Shown here piece by piece: positions 50,336 to 64,000 of a DNA stretch of 64,000 nt. The stretch spans positions 167,152,001-167,216,000 of the forward strand of contig OX597816.1 in assembly GCA_951406725.2 (NCBI GenBank). Reading direction: 5' to 3'. Origin of the DNA: Octopus vulgaris (Eukaryota). A model generated the notes under the pieces. That model was not told the origin of the DNA. It did not search any database and saw only the letters and a program-made list of their open reading frames with translations. Every line of letters begins with the position of its first letter. The first letter of the stretch is position 1. The translations under genes were made by a program, and so were the position numbers.

Positions 50336-53300
50336 TAAAATAGCTCCCAGAGTCACCTATAAGCTTGTGAAAGAAGTAAAAAATGTAGGCAATTGAAGTA
50401 CAGATATAAAGTAGATGCCGAATGGGGAGAGAGAGAGAGAGAGAGAAGAAAACTGCCAAAACAGAAGCAACCCCCTTTACCCTCACCTCCAACACTTGCC
50501 CCTTCTTTGAGGTTATTTCTATTCAGATAAGAGCCTAGAAAATCATGGTTTAAATTATTCCCTTTTTTCCATCCAAATTCTAGATGATATGTCCCAATCC
50601 GCATCTCCCTTTCCTGCTGGGGTTATCTCAAACTAATGAAGGCAAGTTTTAACTTTTAAAGTGATTAAGAAAATATTTATTCCAGTCTAGGGTGCTGATG
50701 CCACATAAAAAGCACCCAGTACAGTCTGTAAAATGGTTGGCATTAGGAAGGGTATCCAGCCTTAGAAACTATTCCAAAACAGACAAATTGAACTTGATGT
50801 AGTCTTCTGATGTGCCAGCTCCTGCCAAACTGTCCAACCCATGCCAGCATGGAAAACAGACATTAAATGATGATTGACAATCAGTTCACCAATACTGGTT
50901 ATTTTAACTGATTAAGTCTTGGTGCATCTTCACAGCTCTGTGAACTGATAGAAAGATAGTTCTTTTGTGAAACTTTTAGCCAGTAATGAAAGCAGTATCT
51001 CTGATCCATTCCAGAGCTCTGAGACTAGAGGAAAGGAGAGATGAAGGTGTCCTTAAACTAAGGCGTCTGGCTTGAATGTTTGCAACAGAGTGGAACTTGT
51101 GGCACTCAGAGTACCAAGTGATGGTGTTAGACTGAATGACTAAATCAGCTAACCCTCTACAAGTAGGCCATGGTAGGATTTGAATATAAAACAAAGAACT
51201 AGGATAAATACCACAAGGTGTCTAGCCTGACATTCTTACAGTATCATGAATCCACTGTCACAATCTTGAAATACAATGACCAGGGTTCTCACCTGACAAC
51301 AGACAAGGCATTGAAATTAAAATGGTCATCTGGATGTTAATGTTTAACAACCAAGTAATCCTAAGACCAAAAGTATTTCAAACATGACCATCCCTCCTTA
51401 TTGTACACGAGAGGATACATTATTTAGTGTATCTTTCCTTTTAAAATGAAGTGTCTTGCTCAAGAATACAACACATTGGTGCAGGAGTGGCTATGTGGTT
51501 AAGTAGCTTGCTTACCAACCACATAGTTCCGGGTTCAGTCCCACTGCGTGGCACCTTGGGCAAGTGTCTTCTACCATAGCCTCGGGCCGACCAAAGCCTT
51601 GTGAGTGGATTTGGTAGACGGAAACTGAAAGAAGCCTGTCGTATATTTGTATATATATAGATGTGTGTGTGATGTGAGGAAGACTATTTCTTACTGGTTG
51701 AAGACTGTGTAAAGGTATCCTTGTTGACAAGCAAGATTAGTTTGAAGAGGCAATAACCATGTCTTGTGTGTGTGTGTGTGTGTATGTATAATGGACTATT
51801 GAAAATGAAAGCCCTCAACTCACTATAATAGTTGAAGACTAATCTAAAAATCCCTATAAAAAAACTGACAATGTCCTATACAAATGATGTCAGCTTAACA
51901 CCACATGTGTAACCTTGATCAAATTCAAGATTTTACTTACATGAGAGAAGCAAAATTAAATTTTTATCCTTAAAGGAATTTAAAGTAAGATTTGGCCACA
52001 ACAGCGAGAATTCACCAATAGACATTATGCCTGGAACTCAAAGAATCAGTTTTATGGTGTCTTCATGAAACCAAATATTTCACTGAATCTATGTAATCCT
52101 GTGTAGTAGATGTACAAATGTCAAAGTTACTTATTTCTTGGTAGTTTGAAAAACTAATGAACAGTCTTGGTTGACTTTTGGCCTTTATTGGAGTATCATC
52201 AGAAGTCTCTACACAGGTACAGGTATAATCGTGGGGGAAGAAGTTTGCCTCTCAACCACATGGTCCCAGGTTCAGTCCCACTGTGTGGCACCCTGGGAAA
52301 GCATCAACTGTATAGCCTCGGGCCAAAGCTTTGTGAGTGAATATGGAGGAGAGAAACAGAAAGCAGCCCGTTGTATATATGTGTCTCTTTGACTACATCT
52401 CCCACCACTGCTTGATGACCAGTGTTGGTACATGCATATCCCTGTAACTTAGCAATTCAGCAAAAGAGACCAACAGAACAATTACCAGGCCTTAAAAAAA
52501 AGAAGTACTGAGGATGATTGGTTTGATTTGACTAAAATCCTTGAAGCTGGTGGTGCCCCAGCATGGCCACAGTCTAATGACTGAAACAAGTAAACAGTAA
52601 AAGATCACATGAGCAATCTCAGAGAAACAAATAGCCAATCCATTGATGTGTGAATCAAATCCAGTAACTTCAGTGAAGTGCAGCTTCTAGTTTGCATAGT
52701 GTAAGTGTTCATCACTGATATCATTAGCCTCATATTTGGCCATGGGAAGCAATTTAAACGATGTCTTTTCAATGCTTTTATGGTGTAGATGGGAGTAAGT
52801 TCAGAAGCAAAATGTTTACAGTCAGATGCACTTCCTGTTACCAGATGTACTTCCTGTTACCGTTTTATAAATAAGGGAATTTCGTCCAAAAGGAATCTGA
52901 GGGTGCTGAGGTACTGGATGATTTCGTTGACATCACAGCTCAATCACAAATGACGACATCACCGTTTATAGATGAGCTGCAGATGGCGACATCATTATCA
53001 CACTGCCTGACTGGCCCTTGTGCACGTAAAAGCACCCACTACACTCTCGGAGCGGTTAGTGTTAGGAAGGGCATCCAGCTGTAGAAACTCTGCCAGATCA
53101 AGATTGGAGCCTGGTGCAGCCATCTGGTTTGCCAGTCCACAGTCAAATCGGCCAACCCATGGAAAGCAGACGTTAAACGATGATGATGATATCTTACAGT
53201 TTTGTAAACATTCACTCACACACGCATGCACACACATTATGGGCTTCTTTCAGTTTCCATCCATCAAATTCCCTTACAAGGCATTCGTCAGCCCAGGGCT

Positions 53301-53522
53301 ATAGCAGAAGATACTTGCCCCAAGGTGCTGCACCACAGTGGGACTGAACCTGAAACTGTATTGGTTGAGAGGCAAACTTCTTAAGCATATGGCCATGCAA
53401 AGAAATAGAACGTCAAAATGTCAAATAAACAAGTTAGATAACATTTTCCAATATTTTATCTAATTCTATATTTAGAACACATCTAATACTTTCAGGAAGT
53501 TCTTGTCAAAATGTCCATCCCT

Positions 53523-54342
53523 TTAACCCTTTTGCTACCATATTTCTGCTGAAATACACTTTACTCTTTTACTTGTTTCAGTCATTTAACTGTGGCCATG
53601 CTGGAGCACCACCTTTAGCTGAGCAAATCGACCCCAGGACTTATTCTTTGTAAGCCTAGTACTTATTCTATCGGTCTCTTTTTGCTGAACCGCTAAGTTA
53701 CGGGGACGTAAACATACCAGCATCGGTTGTCAAGCGATGTTGAGGGGGACAAACACAGACACACAAACATATACATATGACAGACTTCTTTCAGTTTCCA
53801 TCTACCAAATCCACTCACAAGGCTTTGGTCGGCCCGAGGCTATAGTAGAAAACACTTGCCCAAGGTGCCATGCAGTGGGACTGAACCCGGAACCGTGTAG
53901 TTGGTAAGCAAGCTAATTACCACACAGCCACTACTGCGCTTATATCTTTGTTTAAATTAACTTCGAAAAATAAAGAATTTAGTAAAATAACTCGTTATTA
54001 AGTTGGTGTTTTGAAGCATAAAATTAGTGAAATTTTTATGGAAGGTTTTAATTTAAATCACTTTAACCCTTTTGTTACCATATTTCTGTTGAAATACACA
54101 ACCTTTATTTCAGGTAATTTTGAAAATAATGAAACATTTACTAAAATAACTCATTATTAAGCTAATGTTTGGAATGTGAATTAACATGGGATTTTGATGG
54201 AAAGTTTTAATTTGTGGTGCACCTGAGCACTGTATACAGTAATTTCATTATTATTATTATTTTAGATCAGTTTTAAAAAACTGAAAAATTTGTATCTTTG
54301 AACCAAGGACAGCCTTAGGCTGGGATGGTATCAAAAGGGTTG
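53523..54342. mobile_element. Two piggyBac-like family B MITEs (TTAACCCTTTTG ends); the first carries a full-length minus-strand CORE-type SINE (53560-53938)
   Basis: Starts at 53523 and 54063, end caaaagggtt at about 54341. Other copies at 34570-34766 and 43646-43830. Confidence 0.75.
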
Positions 54343-54512
54343 ATCTAAAATATACTTAAAAAGTTACTGTGTGGTTTTTAGGAGAAAGAAAATAAGCCAA
54401 ATTGTAAGAAAGAAATGAACAGCACCCAAAGAGAAAAAAGCAACAGGCTAACGAAGCAAGCTAAATCGGTTAGTTTGATTAAAAGTAGGGAGCACAGAAG
54501 CATATATATTAC

Positions 54513-54611
54513 CTCAGTTTCAAGCAAATCAACGAGCATCCCATCACCTGATGTTAGTGGATCTGTGGGTTGTTCTTCAGGAGAATCCAGGAAAGGGGAA
54601 ACATTATGATC
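54513..54611 (-). CDS. MPRIP: MPRIP/outspread-like exon, 99 nt DHNVSPFLDSPEEQ...MLVDLLETE
   Basis: gttctag acceptor, GAG|gtaata donor, phase 0-0. LVDLLETE|V fits the start of the post-PH coiled coil. Confidence 0.85.
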
Positions 54612-57600
54612 CTAGAACCATTAGAAAATAAAGAGGCTGTGAAAACAAGGCCAGCTTTACGTGTTTTTGTTGAAATAATAAACACGTCTAAAGTTTGTAA
54701 AACGACACAGCTCTCATCGATAATTGCAAAATGGATCAACAATATTGATATTTTGATAAAAAAAACTTCCAGTGCAAATGAATAAAAAAAAAGAAAGAAA
54801 CCTGTTCTAAAAAATGCAGAAATTAAATTTGAACTAAAAAAAAAAAAAAATCAATACCTAGAATATAAGACAAGTGACATACTGCAATAAAATGGAAATA
54901 CAAAAATAGGTGTGTGTATATATTATGCAGGAATTTATATATGCATGTATATATAAATGAGTATGTGTGTATATGTAATACTCATAAATTAAAATGTTTT
55001 TCTTGGGGTGAAAAAGAAATTTTAACCAGATAATTATTATATCTATAGATACACATCTATGTGTATTTGTGTGAATAAAAATGATTACTCTATAAAGATT
55101 TATTATTACTGTTATTTTAAATTATCTATCTAACGATGAATACTATTAACTCTATAAAAATTTATAATTACTGTTATATTTTAGAGTTACTCTTATATCT
55201 GCCCTTGTTTGGATTGGTAGTAGCAGTTGTAGATTAAACAAAAGATGATTCTATGGTTAAGGCATGTAGGACTTGTAGGAGGATTGGCCTCTAACGTGTG
55301 TCACACAGACCCACTAGTATGAGGATATGCCATGTTGTCATGTGAACTAATCCTGTTGTCTAATGATTAAACAAACTCTGTGCTTCAAGGGTGAGCTTGT
55401 AAAAGGAGACTAGCTGAGTGAAATGTAAATAAACAGGCAGAAGGCAATGGAAAACTGCTGTTGTATATTTCCCAAGGGACATCATGAATTTTCAGAGTTT
55501 GGCAAGGAAATCTATAATTGCCAACATCTGTAGGTATGATAGGTCAGATGTGGGGGCATGCACCATTGCAGTACATTACTGCATTGACAAGCTGATTGTA
55601 TATTCCTGGGTCCTCCTGGGTGACCCATCGAGGAGTCCCAGTGAGTCTCCATCTCCACAAGATTCCTCCCCGCAAGTGCCATGACCATGTGGTCAACCCA
55701 GTCAGACCCTCAGTGAAGAGAACGTGTTAAGTAGGGTCTAACTTGGAAAATGAAGCAACATGGCCAATCTGAACTGGTGCTCCCAAATCATACAAATAAC
55801 AGGTACGATACATGAAGATGAAAGGAGTTACAAACAGTTACTATAAGTATATATATTTTCTACTGACTACAGCAATAGGAAACCTGAAAATTAACCAGTT
55901 TGGAAAAAGTTTATTTTGTAGTGACTGAGTAACCTTCAAGTAGACGGTATTACTTTGCCCCAATGGTTGTGAGTTCCTTAAAAGGGAATGGGGTTGAACT
56001 CCAGACACAAAGCTAGAAGTTCCAAGGTTTAGTTATTGCCATTAATCCCAGGACTGGACTGGTACTTTATCCATCCCATGATTTGAACTTGAGATGCAAG
56101 ATATGCCACAAAGCATTTTATCGAATGCCCTTATGATTCTGTCAATTCCTGACACAAGACAATGATTAAAAATATAAATATTATTCTCGTTAAGTCATCG
56201 TTAGCTCTTGTATTTGAATTAATTTTGTCAGTGAAATTTGGCAAAAAAAGCCCTTTTCACTAAAGTATGGTTCTGTGTATATTTGGACATTTTTCTTGGA
56301 ATTTTCTGTAGAATATCAAAAAACAAGATAAAATTTAAGAATCACAAGAAAATAACATGAAACACAGTTTTGCTGTAGAAAGCTGAAAAAAGCATCAAAA
56401 ATAAACTTTTAAAAAATTGGTAGGAATGAATAAAGCTAGAGAAAAATAATAACAACAACAACATAATGAATTAAAATTATGAAGCAACACCAAGCAAAAA
56501 AGTAATTTAAATTGAGCCACTGGATATTCTATAACCATTGCATCACCTGGAGATGGCAGAACTTAAAAACAGAATAAAAGAAATAGTCTTATGGATAGCT
56601 TAGTTGACACATCTATGAAAAATAGCAAGTTTTAAGAAATTATAAAACTGAAGACTCAGGAAGCTAAAGAAAAATAGCTGTGAAATATATTATACATCAT
56701 GTGTTTATATATATATATTGGAAAGCAAAAAAGATTGTGCAACACTCCATAGCAGATGTAAATAGAAAAGCACAGGTTGATTTATAATAATGATGATAAT
56801 AATAATGATAATAATAAAAAATGATAACAGTAGAGAGCTTTGAAATGTCACATTGAGATGTTTGATAAAAGCAAAGTGGTTTCAACAGGGAATCAAATTA
56901 ATTTGAGAAGTGAAGGGTTCAGTTTGCAAAGAACTAAATTACAACATCAAAACAGCAGCTACACAAAGAAGATATGAAGGTCATTCACAATTGTCTCAAA
57001 CATATGTGTATGTATGTGTGTGTGAAGTATCTGCTTTATCACAGCTACAAATGATTTGCAAATAATATAGTCTAACTTCATCGACACCCTCATTATCCTT
57101 TATCTCTCTAATGATAGCTTTTCCTTGTTACTACTAATCCTTCACACTGTTAGGAAACCATTTCATTCAATATCCATCTTTCATGATTATAGTGTCCTCT
57201 CCACCTTCATTTTACATTGATCACCATCCCCTGAGCAACCAAATTTTCTCTTTCACTACCATACATATTTCACTCACCATGCATTATGCCTGTTTCTCTC
57301 CATCCCTTACAATCTGGCAATCCATCTAATACCAGCCCTCTCTCATCCTTCTGTCTACTGCATCATCATTGCTATTCTTCCACCTTTCCCTTCATCATTG
57401 TAACCCACTCACCACCAGTTATTTACTATTCACAACAACCATCCCCACAACACTTGTTCTTCATTCTTAATATTCTCAACCTCATCCATTCTCCATCTCT
57501 GACTTTGCAGTCTCAAACTCCACCCACCCCTAGCTCCTTTTCCCATACTCATTTCTACTCACCTCATACCACGAGTATCCACTCTGACACATCACCAATA

Positions 57601-58334
57601 CTTTTATCTCTCTCCAGCTCCACCCAATTATACACCACCCTATTTTTTTAAAAATCTGAATGGTCAAGTAGCCCCTCTGCAGTAATTAGTAATAGTTATG
57701 TAGCCCCTCTAGCCCTCATAATTTGACTCATCATCTCCTAGAATAAAGCCCTCTCTCTCGGAACCTTGCAAGCTGCATGGTGACCTCATTTGTGTTGGAA
57801 CAAAAAAAGCATCCAGACACACTGTAAAGTGGTTGGGGTTAGAGAAGGCATCCAGCCACGAAAACCCTGCCTAAACAGACAGTTGAGCAAGATACAATCT
57901 TTGAATCTGTTGGATTCTGTTAAACTGTCCAATGCATGCCTGCATAGATATTAAATGATGATGATGATGCACAAGTACCAGTTATACCTACTAAGTACCT
58001 GTTATACACTGGAGTCAATTCTGTTTGATTAAACTCTTTCCTACAATAATGGTCACGTATTTAACTAAATCAACATTTTTAATTGGAAACAAATTATATT
58101 CAGTTCAAATGAAACTCTACAGTCTCTCTATACCCAAATCTTTTATTAGGACTATTAAGTGGAAGCTCTTTAAATGACATTAAAATTATAAAACCAAGTA
58201 ACTTCGTTTCATAACACCTCAAATAAACCAGGTTTGTATAAGTGTTTCTCTCTAAATTGTAAATAGTCTCAAGTGTTAATAGACAGGATGAAATGTTTAT
58301 AATAGACTTGGAAATGACTTTATTGGTATAGAGC

Positions 58335-58550
58335 TTGATCTATATCTTTAAAATGTGAAAATAGCTACCTTGTTAGATGCTGAAATAGCTATACCTCTAG
58401 AGCTTAGAATAACTACAGTATCTTTAAACTATGAAATAGTTATGTTGTTAGATCCTAAAACAGCAGTGATAACGTCTTTAGACTTTGAAATAGCAGATAC
58501 ATTATCTTTAGACCTTTAAATAGCAAATATATTTAGATTTCAATAGATTT
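58335..58550. repeat. Degenerate minisatellite, about 27-30 bp unit (tctttagacxttgaaatagc)
   Basis: About 7 diverged copies visible. Confidence 0.6.
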
Positions 58551-60373
58551 AAAAGACGACTGTTTGGATAAATAAAAAGGTATTAATTAGAATGGTTAAT
58601 ATTCAGTTTGGAAGTTAGTAATTGAGAGAAAGATATAAGTTCCAGTGGAGTGAATGTCTAAGGAGCAAGGAATAGGATATTTCTATGAAATGTACTTCTT
58701 AACCTAGTTTACTGGGATTTTAGCAATAATTTTACTGAAAATGATAACACATCCTTAAATTATTTTTTTTTCCACTGTCATTATTACAAATTACAAAGGA
58801 GATATATATGTAAATCTATTTAACTCTTAGCTATATACAGTGTGGCAGGTAAATACTCCAATTTTTTTCTTTTTAAATGCTGAGACTAAGCAACCACAAG
58901 AAAACACCAGAGCAAGGAATTGAAACTACAATCTCTATATCTAATATCTATCTGTACAAAGACCTATCAGAGTTGTTTATAAAGAATTTTGTCATTCATT
59001 TAAAGATAGACTGATATTGGTATTAAAGTATTATTTTGGCAGTAAATACACCTTAAGTTTATAAATTACCCATCGGTAAGCAAGGCAATGATTATAATTT
59101 GATGCTATTTGCTGCCTTCATTTCATTTACCAAATGGTACCATTGTTGGAAAAGGCAAGACAAAAATAGCATTATCAAGGTACCATTAATTAACCATCCA
59201 CTATCCCTATCATTGTTACAGATAGTACAAACCTAAATTATTAATTTGTTATGATTTCATGGAAACCAGCTGTGACTCACAAGAGAACATGGCTGGGTAA
59301 AATGTACCATGCTTTTGCAAATTGCTTTAGGTGCCTGTGTAATCACAAGCAGACGTGGACATCACCTTGGATCTCTTATCTCTGAGCAGACAAATCACCA
59401 AAATGTAACAACTGAAAGGAGAGAGAGAGGGATGCACCAGCATTTTGCTGGTATTCATTTCAGTTGAATAAAGTGCCTTGCTCAAGGACATGATGCAATG
59501 GGTGGGCTCGGAATTGAACCTGCAGCCTTATAATCAGAAGTTAAATACCTAAACCACTAGGCCATGTGCCTTTATATGCCTTCTTAAAACTTTATACATG
59601 GTGAAGGAAGCTTGGGGTTAAAAAAATTATTTCAGAATCAGAAATGGATCACATTCTTTCCTTTTTAATAATTATTTAACCCTAGGTCAGCCTTTGTCAG
59701 ACAAACCTATGATCAATGACATTACAAGCATGCCCATTCTTTATCTATCATTTCTTTTTTTTTTTTTTTGTTCAAGACAAGGATTGTTTTATATAACAGT
59801 GAAGTGTGCATTTGAGGGAGATTTGGCTATTATTTCTAGCAGATTCAGTGAACAGGTAGAGATTCCCTCATTGATTCATTCTGCTTTTTTAGCAAATACT
59901 GCAACACTTGGTAGTAAATTCATGTTGCTAGGAGATACTGAGATTGGGGGTTTGGGGTTACACGACAGATTTATATCAAGAGGCTGTTGTATTAAGGGAG
60001 ACCCCATAATAATGTTAGAAATTATTATCAAGACAGAATAATTAAGATTAATAGAGATAATTTAATGGAACTGCCACCAAAGAATAGTAATTGTAATAAA
60101 TAGGAAATTTTGTATAAATTTGTATAAATAGGAAATAAGAAATATCTTGATCTTAAATTTTTATATATTCTGTTATGACAGGAAGCATTAAACTGAAAGC
60201 AGGCTTTGCAGATGTGAATCTAGATATTGGTTGGCGGTTAGGGAAGCAAAAAAACGTGGCATCACTGGTCCTGTTCTTGACTGATTGGTCAATTGTTCCA
60301 GATCAGTTTTATAGGCACCAGCGATTTGTTTTTCTGACTGCTCTGGAAACTAGCTCAAATGATGGTAACTTAC

Positions 60374-61012
60374 CAGACCTGCGGAATGTTCGTACTCTTC
60401 CGAGCCACCGGAATCTATATCGTGGGAGTAGGCGGAGTCCACACTGAAACCACTCTGGTCAGTTTCAGGAGGTGGAGAGAGTAGTTTAGGGAGTTTGGAT
60501 CTGGACTTATCTTTAAGCCTGGCACTGGGCGATTTCGTCGTATATTTCGACTCTTGCCTCTCGAGTGTCTTCTTGTGGAGGTCTCCACTGAGAAGAGCAT
60601 TGTCACTACCTTCAACATAGCGACCAATTGGAGTATACCAAGCACTGCTGTTGCTGCTTAAGTTACTAATACTGCTACTACTACCAGATTTTTGGTTAGT
60701 TGATGGTAATGAGTAGTCAATATTATGGTAGTCACTGGAAGATAGAGAATTTTGCTGACTAAACCCATCTCTACTAGCCTTGCTGTTGCTGCTGTCAATG
60801 GGACTGAAATAATTAGAACAACTGTTAGTGCTCATGTCTCGGATGATAAAAGCTCGGCCGACATTGCTGGGATTGACATCGGAATGGTGCCTGCGAACGG
60901 GTTTCGAGTGCTCTTTCTTATTAATCATATCCATTGATTTCTTTATGGCTTGCATCCAGTTCTTTCGAAGCCCGGATGTCATTGCTGTTAGGACATATTC
61001 TCCGTTTTGGTT
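60374..61012 (-). CDS. MPRIP: MPRIP/outspread-like exon, 639 nt: end of PH domain (YVLTAMTSGLRKNWMQAI) plus Ser-rich linker
   Basis: tttcag acceptor, CTG|gtaagt donor, phase 0-0. LTAMTSGLRKNW matches the LSAMTSGIRRNW signature of the MPRIP/TRIOBP/osp PH domain. Confidence 0.95.
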
Positions 61013-62419
61013 CTGAAATTAAACAAATAAAATCACAATATATATTTACATTTAAAAAAATTCACACAAATATGTTATCAGATTAACATCCACTTTTCCA
61101 TGCTTGCATGGGTTGGACTTTCACTCACACACTCACACATGTGTGTGGCTTGCTTCAAGTTTTACGCTAAGATCATGAAGTAATTGGATGAGTTTGAACA
61201 ATGTACAGTGCATGCTCTGGCAGTTCTTCAGGCTATGGTATGTAAGCCTGTCTGATTACAACACTATTTGAGCATGAAACTTCAAATAGCTCAACTATGA
61301 ATCCTATATTTAGTAAATGATAATTAACTCTCGAAGGATTGATTACTTTATTTGCTGATCCTATCAACCCCATCTCTTTCCAAGCAAGGCAATATTTCCC
61401 CATAACATGTTTTCACAGAAGACTAGAAAAGAATGAGGTTTGGTGATGATGCTTGTTAATTGTGATGTCAGGACAATGAGATACAAACACACAAGTGTGT
61501 GTGTGTGTGTGTATGTGTGCATGCACATACACACAAGACAAGCTTCTTTCAGTTTCCATTTCCCAAATTCAATCATAAGCTCGGTCAGCATGAGGCTATG
61601 GTAGAAGACACTCAAGCTGCCACACAGTGGGACTGAACCCAAAACCATGTTGTTGGGAAGCAAACTTCTTAACCACACAGCTATACCTGCAGCATCTTGT
61701 ACATTGTATAATGTAGTTGTAGATACACAATACCCAGAAAATGGGTGTGGTGGGAAACCACTGATGATAGGACTGGTGTATTAGTGCTGTTCCTGGGTTT
61801 AAACTACAACCTGATATAATATAGAAGCTGACACAAGACCTTTCCAATGCTGCTAAACCAGATCATTTTAGCCAATTTTAGTCCAAAATCCCAGATGAAC
61901 TTCAAAATGTTTGACATGTTTTAGGACATAAATTTTCAGACAATGTGTCCAAATGACATCATTGTATGGTTTACAGCTCAATCCAACAGAAGGATCTTGG
62001 GTAAGTGTCTTCTGCCATAAAAGTAGAAATGGCTGAAGGAAACTACTGAGTAAGGTAGGTGTGCAGCTATTGTCACCACTACCACCATCATTTTATATTG
62101 CCGTCCAAGAATTTGGACCTGGAGAACTCCATTTCCAGCGACTTCGAGGGTCACCTCCCAGTGGTGTCGGGCGTCAACTAAGAGCCATCGACTACAACAA
62201 GACGACCAAAGTTTTTTTTTTTCCAAGGCCTGGGGTTTCCCGCCTCTAAGCCCTAGACCATCACCCTTACCTGTCTTGTTGCTTAAAAACAACAATCATT
62301 TTACATCTGCTTTCCATGTTAGCATGAGTTAGAGGTGTTGTATCACAGTCCAAAATGGGGCATACTGAAAGTTGCTGTCCTCCCAGAGAAGTCAGAGGAC
62401 CAGGTCTTGCATGTATTCT

Positions 62420-62772
62420 TTTACTTCTTACAGTCATTTGACAGCAGTCATGCTGGAGCACTGCTTTTAGTCAAACAAATTGACTCCAGGACTTATTCTT
62501 TGTAATCCTAGTACTTATTCTATCGGTCTCTTTAGCCAAAAAGTTAAGGGGACAAACACAGACACACAGATACATTCATACATATATATATATAAATATA
62601 TATATACACATGACAGGCTTCTTTCAGTTTCTGTCTACCAGATCCACTCACAAGGTTTCGGTTGGCCCAAGACTAAAGTAGAAAACACTTGCCCATGGTG
62701 CCAAGTAGTGGGACTGAACCCCGAATCTTGATTGGGAAGCAAGCTTCTTACCAGACAGCCACTCCTGCACCT
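62420..62772 (-). mobile_element. CORE-type SINE
   Basis: Inverted family match with an internal deletion. Confidence 0.8.
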
Positions 62773-63376
62773 GATTCAATTTTTGGCTTGGTTTCTACAA
62801 CTGGAGGCTCCTCCCATCACCAACCACTTTACAGAGTGTATGGAGTGAATGAATTTATCATAGCACCAGCACAAGAGAGGTTCCCTTGTTCAAGCAAGGC
62901 TAAAGAGTATTCTTTAAACTATATTGTTTCAGTCTGCTTGTTTGCTAGCATCAGCAAGTTATCTCCTCTCCAACCAGATTAGAGTCTACTCTGTCCTTAC
63001 CTCCATAATCTTTTCTTTTCCACATATGTAGGAAGAGAGTGTGAGAGGGGATAATGGAATAGGGATATGAGAGGGGGTATTTTGGGAGAGAGTGACAACA
63101 ATGAAGAAGGGAGGCAGTAAGAGGGGTGTTGAATATGGATGGCTGTAATGCCATCCATAGAGAGAGGGGAGAGAAAGAGAGGGAGAGAAAAAGAGGGAGA
63201 GAGAAAGAGAGACAGTTATATGAAGATTCTTGGTAGGGAGAATGAAAAGAGAGAGACATGTAGAGAACTGGAATTGAACCTCCTAAACAAAGCCAGTCCA
63301 GCCAACAGAGATGATGATGATGAAGATGCTCTGATGAAAAAATAAGAATGACTATTAAACAGGATGCTTAGCTTAC

Positions 63377-63538
63377 CTTGATGCAGAAACCATAGTTACG
63401 TGGGGCATTTGCCTCCTCAACACTGTAGCAAGTTGACAAGTCTATTTTACCATCAACGAAACCCTTTTCTTCAGCTTTTGCATCTTTGAAATAGCGTAAA
63501 GAATTGGCATCTAAAACAAACCAGTGTTTTTTCCAGTC
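63377..63538 (-). CDS. MPRIP: MPRIP/outspread-like exon, 162 nt: PH domain core DWKKHWFVLDANSLRYFKD...IDLSTC...RNYGFCIK
   Basis: ctgcag acceptor, AAG|gtaagc donor, phase 0-0. WKKHWFVL..SLRY..D..AEE....DG.IDLS.C..V.E....RNYGF is the MPRIP/TRIOBP PH pattern. Upstream exons lie outside the window. Confidence 0.96.
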
Positions 63539-64000
63539 CTGCAGAGAACAGTCCAAGAAGAAGGAGAGAAAGAAAGAAAAATAAAAAGAGAGAGAATAAA
63601 GATTTTGAATCTGAGAAATCATTAAAAAGAAAAAAAAAAAAAAGAAACAAAAAAAAAACACCGGGAAAATAACAATAGTAAATAATGAAAAAAATTAAAC
63701 TTCCCAAATAATAATAAGGATCATGCAGCCATCACCATCTTGAGACAACAACCAACAAGAACAACAACGAGAAGAGCGAAAGAAACAATTCTGTAGCCAA
63801 AAAAGACATGATTGTACAAACCTTCGTTGTAACACTGATCACCTTAATGTGGTTAATTAAGAGATGTAATCAGATAAGGAAATTAAAGAAGGTAAGATTA
63901 AGAAACACCTCGACTAGAAGATGGTTTTACAACAAAACCATTTTACTGATTGCAATTAAGATATAAATACAAGTGCAGGCATGACTGTGTGGTAAGAAGC

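Noticed and set aside
49817-50495. Ser/Leu/Pro-rich and Arg/Glu-rich ORFs
   Set aside because: Translations of the polypurine tract.

Overview
AT-rich, microsatellite- and SINE-dense eukaryotic DNA. The repeat families resemble those of coleoid cephalopods, most likely Octopus (inferred from recognition, no search run). The window is dominated by the 3' part of one minus-strand gene. I spliced 15 GT-AG exons by hand (63538 down to a TGA at 12590). They join in frame into 2140 codons encoding a PH domain, a Ser-rich linker, a 4197-nt single coiled-coil exon and a C-terminal coiled coil, which fits an MPRIP/outspread/TRIOBP-family actin-myosin scaffold. The 5' end lies beyond the window. Introns and flank carry decayed hAT (Charlie/Buster-like), mariner, pogo-like and piggyBac-like elements, Gypsy gag, R4/Dong-like and RTE LINE relics, and at least five SINE families. 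Nearly all other ORFs in the track are repeat or microsatellite artefacts. I found no prokaryotic-type system and no CRISPR array. The best leads are the skippable giant exon, candidate in-frame microexons and a possible internal start just upstream of it, possible alternative 3' ends, three local templated duplications (one a foldback palindrome) and a decayed Penelope-type hammerhead motif.
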